From: an archaeon
GTDB lineage: Archaea > Iainarchaeota > Iainarchaeia > Iainarchaeales > CSSED10-239
Reading direction: 5' to 3'
NCBI GenBank assembly: GCA_035390665.1
Contig: DAOOUC010000002.1
Location: 60,001 to 92,000 of the forward strand
Length of the DNA: 32,000 bases
Shown here: positions 8,747 through 17,500 of the stretch, in pieces
Position numbering within the stretch: the stretch's first letter is position 1
How the letters are laid out: each line of letters begins with the position of its first letter
Notes under the pieces: generated by a model
Seen by the model: only the letters and a program-made list of their open reading frames with translations
Database searches by the model: none
Told to the model about the DNA's origin: nothing
Program-made: the position numbers and the translations under genes

Positions 8747-8983
8747 TTAATTAATATATTCTTGCAGAAACTGGTCGAATTCGACCAGTTTGAAATCAGG
8801 GTTATTTATTTTTTCCCACAATCCTAAAAATCTAATTGTTTCTTTAGATCTAATCCAATTTTTAATAACATCAGCAGGATGGTCGGAATTTTTATATTTT
8901 GCAATATCTGTTAATGATATATAATCGTCTTCATTTTTTGTATAATAAGATATTTTTTTGTTTAAAACACTTATTTCATTCAT
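8747..8983 (-). pseudogene. N-terminal fragment (78 aa) of a KilA-N domain protein, probably a truncated remnant
   Basis: YISLTDIAKYKN…VIKNWIRSKETIRFLGLWEKINNPDFK matches the N-terminal part of bacterial/phage KilA-N proteins as I recall them, which are normally about 250 aa. The frame stops after 78 aa, only 24 nt before radC. Confidence 0.5.
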
Positions 8984-8984
8984 G

Positions 8985-9983
8985 TTAATCTCCTTTGATT
9001 ATCTTTTTTAATTCTTCTTTTGTAGGCAAGAGCTTAATTATTTTTTCAGGAATCTTATATGTAGAAACACCAATTGGTTTATTTGTGTCTCTTAAAGTAT
9101 ATTCTACAATTGTTCTATTCTTGTCTTTACAAATAATTATTCCAATGGATTTATTCTCTCCGTTGATTCTTGCGAGGTCGTCTAGTGCAGAAAGATAAAA
9201 TTGCATTTTACCAACATATTCTGGCTTGAAGTTACCAATCTTAAGATCAATTGCAATTAGGCATCTTAAAGTTCTGTGATAGAGTAAAAGGTCTATAAAA
9301 AATTCGTCTCCACTAATCTCTATTCTATATTGGCTTGCAACAAAACAAAAGTTATTTCCTAATTCTGAAAGTAGATTTTTGATATTTCCAACTAATCCTT
9401 TTTCCAACTCTTTTTCAAGATGTTCTTCTTTTAATTCTAGAAAATCAAAAGTATATTCGTCTTTTACAACAAATTTAGATTGTGCTTTTATTTTAGTAGT
9501 GATTGTTTTATCAAAATTAGTTTGGTTAAGTAAATACTTTTCATAAGTTTGGTTTTCTATTTGGTGTACTAGTACATTCTTTGTCCAGTTGTTAGTTTTT
9601 GTTTGTTTAAGATAAAATTCTTTTTCTTCATCACTTTTACATTTTTCCATAACCCTTAAATTTTTAGTCCAGCTTATTTCTGCAACCAATGGTCGCAGTT
9701 TTGGTTTATTATGATATTCAAAGTAAAATTGGCGCATACTCCACAAATTTCTCTCAGAAAACCCACTAATCCCAGGAAATTCTTTTTGTAAATCCAGAGC
9801 TAACATTTCAATAACTGATTTCCGCCAACCAAGTTGTTTTTGTTTTTCTACAATTCTTTTTCCAATATCCCAATAGAGATTAATCAGTTCTTTATTTACT
9901 GCTCTTAATGCCTCGTACTGCGCAGAAGTAATTCTTTCTTTTATTTCTTTTAAAAAATTTAAATATTCTTTTTGTTTACCCAT
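8985..9983 (-). CDS. DUF1016 / YhcG-family PDDEXK nuclease domain protein
   Basis: There is near full-length resemblance to the family as I recall it: AQYEALRAVNKELINLYWDIGKRIVEKQ, FSERNLWSMRQFY, HQIENQTYEKYLLNQTNFDKT, KDEYTFDFLEL, FIDLLLYHRTLRCLIAIDLKIGNFKPEYVGKMQFYL, KPIGVSTY. Confidence 0.85.
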   Translation of the reverse strand: MGKQKEYLNFLKEIKERITSAQYEALRAVNKELINLYWDIGKRIVEKQKQLGWRKSVIEMLALDLQKEFPGISGFSERNLWSMRQFYFEYHNKPKLRPLVAEISWTKNLRVMEKCKSDEEKEFYLKQTKTNNWTKNVLVHQIENQTYEKYLLNQTNFDKTITTKIKAQSKFVVKDEYTFDFLELKEEHLEKELEKGLVGNIKNLLSELGNNFCFVASQYRIEISGDEFFIDLLLYHRTLRCLIAIDLKIGNFKPEYVGKMQFYLSALDDLARINGENKSIGIIICKDKNRTIVEYTLRDTNKPIGVSTYKIPEKIIKLLPTKEELKKIIKGD

Positions 9984-10169
9984 AGATATATTACTCTATC
10001 AAAACAGGAGTCATTTCCGGGAGGGTAGATGTCCAGTGGGTTGTTTATAAATCTTTGTTGTTTTTTTGAAATTTTACATCGTATTAATCTCAAAATCACA
10101 AAATTGTTTTTCTCGCACTGGACAACTGGTCCCAAAAACTATATATATTCTTTTAATCATAAATCTATT

Positions 10170-11384
10170 ATGAGATACTCACATTCAAGAATTGAAACTT
10201 TTAAAAGTTGTCCAAAGAAGTTCTATTTTCAATATATTGAAAAACCAGAGATAGAAGAAAAGAAAGGAATTGAAGCTTTCTTAGGTTCTATGGTTCATCT
10301 TGCTTTAGAAAAGCTCTATAAAGATTTAAAGTTTACAAAAGTTAATTCTTTAGAAGAAATACTAGATTATTATTCTGAAGAATGGGAAAAGAATTTTGAT
10401 TTAACAATAGAAATTGTAAGAACAGAATATACTCAAGAACACTATAAAGAAATGGGCAAAAGATTTCTAACTGATTATTATAATAAATATAAACCCTTTG
10501 ATCAAGGAAAAACCTTAGGTTTAGAAATGGAAATTAATCTAAGATTCTTGGATAATTTTGGAAATGTTTTTGATTTAATAGGTTACATTGATAGATTAAC
10601 AATGGTAACAGAAGAGTTTTTTGAAATACACGATTATAAAACAAACGCGCACACAAAAACACAAGAAGAAGTTGATAAGGATAATCAACTAGCACTCTAC
10701 ACAATAGCAATAAAAAGAATGTATCCTACAGTTAAAAGAGTAGATCTTGTTTGGCATTTTCTAGAGTCTGGTTTAGAAATGAGATCTACAAGAACAGATA
10801 AGGAATTAGAAACCCTAGAAAAAGAAATAATTGAATCAATAAAAGAAATTGAAAGAAAAACAACAATAAATGATTTTCCAACAAAAGAAAGTGCTTTATG
10901 TGATTGGTGTAGTTATAAAGAATTATGCCCTGCAAAGAATCATCTTTTTATGCTAAAGAAACTACCAGAAAATGAGTATCTAAAAGAAGAAGGAGTAAAG
11001 CTTGTTGAAAGATATCTAGAGTTAACAAAAGAAAAAAAAGAAATTGTAGATAAGATTGATCCAGAGATAGAGAAAGTTAAAGAGGCATTAGTCAATTACT
11101 CAAAAACCCACAATTCGGAAAGGGTCTATGGTCCTTTTGGTAACTCCATTCTTGTTAAAGAATATAGTAATTTTACAATTCCAGAAAAAGGAACAAAAGA
11201 AAGAGAACTTTTTGAGAAGAAATTAAGAGAATCTGGTCTTTGGGAAATAATTGCAGAAGTAAATTCTTTTAATTTTTCTAAAGCAATTTCAGATGGGATA
11301 TTAGAAACAGATTTTTTAAAAACAATAGAGCCACTAATAACTAAAGGAAAAACAACAAGACTTTATCCAAGTTTCAAAAAGTAA
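10170..11384 (+). CDS. PD-(D/E)XK nuclease of the Cas4/RecB/AddB type with a 4-Cys (Fe-S) signature and a C-terminal extension
   Basis: The product starts MRYSHSRIETFKSCPKKFYFQY. Nuclease motifs are GYIDRL, EIHDYKT and QLALY, with the C-terminal cluster CDWCSYKELCP. The ORF-track start at 10029 adds 47 aa of implausible sequence across a GC-rich intergenic repeat, so I trimmed it. Confidence 0.72.
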   Translation: MRYSHSRIETFKSCPKKFYFQYIEKPEIEEKKGIEAFLGSMVHLALEKLYKDLKFTKVNSLEEILDYYSEEWEKNFDLTIEIVRTEYTQEHYKEMGKRFLTDYYNKYKPFDQGKTLGLEMEINLRFLDNFGNVFDLIGYIDRLTMVTEEFFEIHDYKTNAHTKTQEEVDKDNQLALYTIAIKRMYPTVKRVDLVWHFLESGLEMRSTRTDKELETLEKEIIESIKEIERKTTINDFPTKESALCDWCSYKELCPAKNHLFMLKKLPENEYLKEEGVKLVERYLELTKEKKEIVDKIDPEIEKVKEALVNYSKTHNSERVYGPFGNSILVKEYSNFTIPEKGTKERELFEKKLRESGLWEIIAEVNSFNFSKAISDGILETDFLKTIEPLITKGKTTRLYPSFKK

Positions 11385-12551
11385 ATGTTTATAAATCATT
11401 TTTTGTATTATATTTTAGATAACATGGACGATAAAAATCAGATAAATATCCTAAACAGAAAATCACTTAATGTCAAAGAAGAAGATATAAAAGTTAAGGA
11501 AATTTCTAAAAAACAAATAAAGACAAAAATTGATCAAATATCAATATCTAATCCTAAAACAAAAAAAGAAATCACAAAACCAGAAGTTAAAGAAAAAAAA
11601 CCAATAACTATTAAAGAAATTATCTTTAGAATAACTAATTTCTTTGTAAGATTACCAACTTTTTTTGCAAGATTTTTAAGTACTTCTGGAAAGTTTATTT
11701 ATTATTCAATATTAGGAACAATGGTAAGTTTTTGTTTTGCAATTCTTTTATTTCCTGAAAATCCAGGATTATTTTCTGTTTTCTTTTTAACTATTTTTCT
11801 TGCTCCTTTTGTTATAAAAGAAATTAATCTAAATATCTTGCTAGTTGGAAGAACAAAACAAGTAGAACATAAAGGTGTAACAATTACAAGCTTTAAGATA
11901 AAAGACAATGAGCAATTCTCTTTAGAGGAATTCTATGAAGAAAACAGAAAAATGCTTTCTGCTTATTTTTTCTTTTTCTTAGGAATAATGCTTGTTGTTA
12001 TTGCTTTAATTGTTTTTATGCCAATAAGTCATTCATCAATTTTATTTAGTCAACAAGGTTGGAGTAATGCGTTAATGCCAACAAAAGATATTGGTTTTGA
12101 AGGGATAGATAAATGGGGCGTTTTCTTTGAGATTTTTAAAAATAATTTTTCAGTAATGATTGTTAGTTTCATTGTGGCTTTGGTTTTTCCATTGGGTGCA
12201 TTGTTGATGATAGTGTGGAATGCAATGTACTGGGCTGTTGCGTTTACACAATATGCTGTTGTTTATAGTTCTTCATATAATGTTAATCTTTTGTTTATTT
12301 TGTTGCCTTTGTTATTAAGTGTTGCCTTACACACACTTATAGAAGCCATATGTTATTTCTTTGCAGCAATGTCAGGAAGTACACTTTCTATTGGTTTTCA
12401 GAAGGAAAAATTAGATTCTGATAGATTTTTTTATATTTTTAAATATTGTTTAATATTAATGGCTTTTGCTGTTTTTTTCTTGATTTTAGGTTCTGTTGTT
12501 GAGGTATTTGTTTTTGATTTTTTAAAGAATTTTTTCTTTTCTTTTTTCTAA
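11385..12551 (+). CDS. Polytopic membrane protein, possibly SpoIIM/DUF95-like, with a Lys-rich N-terminal region
   Basis: There are multiple hydrophobic helices. The NNFSVMIVSFIVALVFPLGALLMIVWNAMYWAVAF pattern resembles stage II sporulation M-like proteins. An alternative start is the ATG at 11424 (MDDKNQ…). Confidence 0.45.
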   Translation: MFINHFLYYILDNMDDKNQINILNRKSLNVKEEDIKVKEISKKQIKTKIDQISISNPKTKKEITKPEVKEKKPITIKEIIFRITNFFVRLPTFFARFLSTSGKFIYYSILGTMVSFCFAILLFPENPGLFSVFFLTIFLAPFVIKEINLNILLVGRTKQVEHKGVTITSFKIKDNEQFSLEEFYEENRKMLSAYFFFFLGIMLVVIALIVFMPISHSSILFSQQGWSNALMPTKDIGFEGIDKWGVFFEIFKNNFSVMIVSFIVALVFPLGALLMIVWNAMYWAVAFTQYAVVYSSSYNVNLLFILLPLLLSVALHTLIEAICYFFAAMSGSTLSIGFQKEKLDSDRFFYIFKYCLILMAFAVFFLILGSVVEVFVFDFLKNFFFSFF

Positions 12552-12606
12552 ACAAATTCCTTTATATTTCTTTTTTTATATAAATATATTTAGTATTTCT
12601 ATTTTT

Positions 12607-12612
12607 AGGAGG
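12607..12612 (+). promoter_or_regulatory. Shine-Dalgarno AGGAGG 7 nt upstream of the 12620 ATG
   Basis: Read directly as …tttttAGGAGGaataattATG. Confidence 0.55.
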
Positions 12613-12619
12613 AATAATT

Positions 12620-13669
12620 ATGAAACATAAAAATAAAGAATCTGAAGAAGCTATAACAAGCCCACATCATTCTAAGAAAAAATTATTTATTTGGCAAATA
12701 ATTAGTGGAATATTATTTGTTGCATTAGTTATTACAATATTATTAGCCGTTATAAAACCAAATACAGATAATAAACTAGTTAATACAACAGAGACCACTG
12801 AAATAAATCAAAAAATAGTAACAGATACTGTTTCTTTTTTAAAAGATGCTTTTAGTCTTACAGATATAATAGTTAAAGACACAGTAATAGAAGACGGATT
12901 ATATAAAATAACTATATCAATAGAAGATCAAGAAATACCAATATATACAACTCTTTCTGGAGAAAATTTAATAATTCCTGGAATGGGTTTATTAAATAAA
13001 AAAGAAGCATTAGCACAAAAAGAAGAATCAGAAAAACCAGCAGAGGTTCAAAAATCAGATAAACCAAAAGTAGAAGTATTTGTAATGTCTCATTGTCCAT
13101 ACGGTACACAAATGGAAAAGGGATTAATTCCTGTTATTGAAACATTAAATGATAAAGCAGACATAGAAATTAAGTTTGTTGATTATGCAATGCATGGTAA
13201 AACTGAAGTTGATGAAGAATTAAATCAATACTGTATAAACAAAGAAGAACCAGAGAAATATATTCCTTACTTAAAGTGTTTCTTAGAGGAAGGAAAGACT
13301 GCTGATTGTTTAACAAGAGCTGAAATTGATACAACAAAAGTAAATGCTTGTCTTTCACAAACAGACACAGAATATAAAGTTACAGAATTATTTAATGATA
13401 AATCAACTTGGCAAGGCGGACAATTTCCACAATTTAATATTTACAAGGAAGAAAATGAATTATATGGCGTACAAGGCTCTCCAACAACAGTTATTAATGG
13501 TGTAAAAGTAGACAATATGCCAAGAGATTCTGCAGGGATATTAAACCAAGTTTGTTTAGCTTTCAATAATCAACCAGAAGAATGTCAAACAGAATTAAGT
13601 TCAACTGCCCCAAGTGCAGGATTTGGTTATGAAAGCACAGGAACAAATAATGCTGCAAGTTGTAGTTAA
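12620..13669 (+). CDS. Membrane-anchored thioredoxin-fold (DsbA-like) thiol-disulfide oxidoreductase candidate
   Basis: An N-terminal TM helix (LFIWQIISGILFVALVITILLAVI) is followed by a CxxC-type motif in thioredoxin context (VFVMSHCPYGTQMEKG) and a cis-Pro-loop-like GSPTTVING. Confidence 0.55.
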   Translation: MKHKNKESEEAITSPHHSKKKLFIWQIISGILFVALVITILLAVIKPNTDNKLVNTTETTEINQKIVTDTVSFLKDAFSLTDIIVKDTVIEDGLYKITISIEDQEIPIYTTLSGENLIIPGMGLLNKKEALAQKEESEKPAEVQKSDKPKVEVFVMSHCPYGTQMEKGLIPVIETLNDKADIEIKFVDYAMHGKTEVDEELNQYCINKEEPEKYIPYLKCFLEEGKTADCLTRAEIDTTKVNACLSQTDTEYKVTELFNDKSTWQGGQFPQFNIYKEENELYGVQGSPTTVINGVKVDNMPRDSAGILNQVCLAFNNQPEECQTELSSTAPSAGFGYESTGTNNAASCS

Positions 13670-13670
13670 A

Positions 13671-13686
13671 GGAAAAGTATTTTTCC
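13671..13686. terminator. Short hairpin (GGAAAA-GTAT-TTTTCC) plus T-run between convergent genes
   Basis: Read directly. It lies between the stop at 13669 (+) and the stop at 13691 (-). Confidence 0.35.
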
Positions 13687-13690
13687 TTTT

Positions 13691-13951
13691 TTATTTTTTC
13701 TCAAATAACAATTTTAGTGCTTCTTCTTCTGTTATGCCTTTGGCTTTTGCAAATCTTTGAATTATTTCTTTTATTACAAATTTAGTATAGTCTTTATTTC
13801 CTTTTCTTAGTATAAATTCGTTTCCATGTATATCTTTAAACTTTATGTGCTTGTGATTTACTTCATCTGCCTTAAATCCATTTCTTTCAAATGCTTTTCT
13901 AAGTTGAACAGTTGTTATTACAGGAATTTTTGCGTAATTTAGTTTAGGCAT
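13691..13951 (-). CDS. Small hypothetical protein, weakly HicA/YcfA-like
   Basis: In this 86-aa protein, LRKAFERNGFKADEVNHKHIKFKD loosely resembles the HicA L..L…GF……GSH pattern. No HicB-like partner is adjacent. Confidence 0.3.
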   Translation of the reverse strand: MPKLNYAKIPVITTVQLRKAFERNGFKADEVNHKHIKFKDIHGNEFILRKGNKDYTKFVIKEIIQRFAKAKGITEEEALKLLFEKK

Positions 13952-13957
13952 AATTAA

Positions 13958-14512
13958 TCATTCTAATTTATAGTTTTTTTTAATTTCTTCTAAAGTTATT
14001 TCTATAAATTTTTCAATAGGTAAATCAAGTGTTTTTTCACACAAATAGATTTGTTCTCTATTAACACCACAAGCAAAATACTTGTCTTTTAGTTTTTTAA
14101 TTATTGATTTTGTTTCTGCTTTTGTAATATCCTTATCTGGTCTCATCAAGACATAAGCCCTAATGATTCCAGTTAAACCATCAAGAGAATAAAGAGCATG
14201 TTGTAATTTTGTTTTTCTTTCAACACCAACCGCTTCATTATGGCTTTTGATGTCGTCAATCAGCTCTTGGTTAATTCCTTTTTTCTGAAGAATCTTTTCA
14301 GCAACAAGTGTATGTTGGTTGATATCTCCACCAAAACACTCTAAATCAAGATCATGAAGTAAGCCCACAACAAACCAATAATCTTTATCTTCTCCAAAGT
14401 AATTTGCAAGTCCTTGCATACCAAAACCAACAAGATAGCAATGTTCAAGATTTGCTTTTTCTTTAAGATGTTCTTTAAGCAAAGTGATTGTTTCTGTTCT
14501 GTTAGGAATCAT
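13958..14512 (-). CDS. HD-domain metal-dependent phosphohydrolase
   Basis: The 184-aa product has an early His (LEHCYLV) and the HD doublet (VVGLLHDLD). It lies 11 nt downstream of the giant gene stop and 6 nt upstream of the next gene. Confidence 0.68.
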   Translation of the reverse strand: MIPNRTETITLLKEHLKEKANLEHCYLVGFGMQGLANYFGEDKDYWFVVGLLHDLDLECFGGDINQHTLVAEKILQKKGINQELIDDIKSHNEAVGVERKTKLQHALYSLDGLTGIIRAYVLMRPDKDITKAETKSIIKKLKDKYFACGVNREQIYLCEKTLDLPIEKFIEITLEEIKKNYKLE

Positions 14513-14523
14513 AATTAATCAAA

Positions 14524-17500
14524 TTAATTAGTAAAAGGGTAAGTTAATCCATTTCCATTATTATAAAGCGTTGATATCTCTTCTGGAGTTAGTGTTCTTG
14601 TCCAAATACCAACTTCATCAACAGATCCATTTAAATCATAAGAAGAACTATCTTGCATACGCGCAATTCTTGTAGCAGTAGAATCTAAATTAAGCGAGGT
14701 TCTATTTACAGAGATCTTTTCAATACCATTAACAAATACTCTAATTGCACTTGTTGTGGAATTATAAGTCATAGCAATGTGAGTCCATTCTGCAATAGTA
14801 TTAACTCCTGTTGCCAAATCATATGCATAAAATCCTCCAGAATAAGAATTATTTGCGGTATTACTATTTGCATAATCATATGCTCCGGCGCCACCAATAA
14901 ATCCAATATGTGCTCCAAGATCAGCAGTAGATTTACCAATAGCAACAGCACCTTGTGTAGTATTTGTATTTAATTTAACCCAAGCACTTAATGAAAAATC
15001 AGTATTACCTGTAATTGTATTATTTCCAAGATTGACATAGTCTCCAGCTCCATCAAAGGTATATGCAGTTCCTATTTTTCCTGTTTGATTCTGTAATGTG
15101 TTACCTGCAATTGTTCCATTTCTAAATCCAGTACTATCTAAAACTGAACCAGAAGTTTCATCAAGATTATAATATGATAAAAGTCCAGTAGTAAGATTAC
15201 GATCATTATTAGAAATATTGTAATCTAAATTAACTGTATTAAACATCTTGTTGATGTCTTGATCATCAAATGATCTATTGTATAGTCTGAAATATTTCAT
15301 TGATCCTTTTGTATTTGTTATATCATCTTTTGAAGCAATACTCATTAACCAAGTTTTTGTATCAAAATTAAAGCAATTAAGATTTACAGAAATATCAATA
15401 CAGTTTTCTTTTTTACCATTAATATAATAACACAGATTCTTTCCTTTTCTTTGAATAACAAGATGTGTTGGTTTATCTTGAGAAATAGGCACAACTGAAG
15501 CAAAAGAAAATGGTAAATAACTATATCCAGAGGCATAACCATTATTTTCAGTTAACATATCTGATTTATTTCTTCTAACAACCCTGTTATTTAAGGTATC
15601 TCCAACATATATGTAATCATTATCTACAGAAACACTGGCAGGGTTATAAAAATTTAAATAGCCTTGACCGTAATTTCCAATTTTTCCTATATAAGATAAA
15701 TCTCTTTTATCAAACACCATTATTCTATTATTTGCATAATCTGCAGCATAAAGATAGTTCTCATCTAAAGCAAGTTCATATGGCGCACCATAGACATATT
15801 GATTATAACTTTGTGTAAAATATCTTCCATCAAAATAATTTTGATCATATCCAGTTATCTTTGCAACAACTATATAATCGCTTTTCCTTATTTTTTTAAT
15901 AGAAAAAGACAATGTTTCAGAAACATAAAAATAATTCTCATCAACGGCCACACCGTATGGTCCATAATAACTATTTCCGTGCATTCCATAATCTCTTGCA
16001 ATAAATGATAAATCTGATTTATTGTGTATCTTAATACTTCCAGAAGAATAATCTGCAATAAACAACTCATTTCCAAAAAGATTAATACCGTATGGGCCAT
16101 AAAATTGATTATTTCCCGTACCTGCACTTGTTCCTCCAATACCGCTCACAAACGACAAATCACTGGCTAATAATTTTTTAATTCTATGATAACTTGCATC
16201 TGTAACATAAACGTTTGTCCCATCAGAGGCAACACTATAAGGATTATAGAACTTATCGGTTGTGGCTCCAAGAAGTGGACCACCGAAACGTGCAAGAAAT
16301 GAAAAATCGGTTTTATTTCTTTTTACTACACTATGATTTGCAGTATCTACGACATAAATAGAATTATCATCTACAAAAACCCCTCTTGGATTAAGATATT
16401 GATTTTCTCCAAATGATCTTTCTCCATATGTTCTTAAATAATTAAGATTAGTATCAAGTACTTGTATTCTGTAATTGCCAGTATCAGGAACATATATCTC
16501 TCCATTACAAATACTTAATCTTCCGGGACTATAGAAACTGTTGTTGTCGTTATTATATGTCGTTCCTCCAAGCTTACCAATATATTGGTATGTAAACTTA
16601 TTATATTTAACAATTCTGTGATTAGTATAATCAGAGACATAAATATAATTATCATCGACAGTAATCCCATCAGGATTTCTAAAATAATTTGCGTCTCCTG
16701 TTCCAGAAGTTCCAAACATTGTTACATAAGCATACGGAGAATTTTTATTATGTATTTTGATTCTATTATTTGTATAATCTGCAACATAAATATAATTGTT
16801 ATCTACTGCAACATCTTGTGGACCATTAAAATTTGCAGTTCCTGAGCCAACGGTTCCAAATTGATTAACATAAGATAAATCTGATTTATTATGTATCTTA
16901 ATTCTATTGTTACTGGTATCTGCAACATAAACATAAGTACCATCTACTGCAACACCTCGGGGGTATGTAAAATTTGTGTTTCCAGTACCGGAACCACCAA
17001 TAGCAGTAATTTTAGATAAATCAGATATATTTCTTTTAGTTAGAATGTGTGCTGAATAATCAGTTTGATAAATATAATTTTCATCAACAGCAATTCCTGA
17101 AGGTGTAGAAAAATCATTTGGATAAGTAGGGGATGCAGACAAATATTGTCTTCCATTTACTACTTCTGCAGTTCCCGTAGTTTTATTTAATTTTACTAAT
17201 CTGTTATTAGCGGTGTCTGTAATATAAAGATAATTCGTATCACAAGAAACAGCATTTGGTTGGTTATATTGATTATTATTCATTGCACCGAAGTTATTAT
17301 TGTCATATAGAGCCCCACTAATTAAAACATTTTGATCAATTAAATTTCTGTCATAAACAACAATTCTTCTATTTGCTGTGTCAGTAACATAAATTTTATC
17401 AGGAGAGACAGCAACACCCCAAGGGCCATATAATTCTGAAGGCATATACCCTAATGTTCCAAAAGTTGCCATGTCACTTAAAAAGAAATTATTTTTGTTA

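Noticed and set aside
10029-10169. The ORF track gives an N-terminal extension of the Cas4-like nuclease (MSSGLFINLCCFFEILHRINL…).
   Set aside because: The extension is hydrophobic nonsense spanning the GC-rich intergenic inverted repeat. The family-typical N-terminus (MRYSHSRIETFKSCP) begins at the ATG at 10170.
13691-13951. A HicA toxin of a type II toxin-antitoxin pair.
   Set aside because: Resemblance to HicA is weak and there is no HicB-like antitoxin next to it. I kept it only as a low-confidence HicA-like hypothetical protein.
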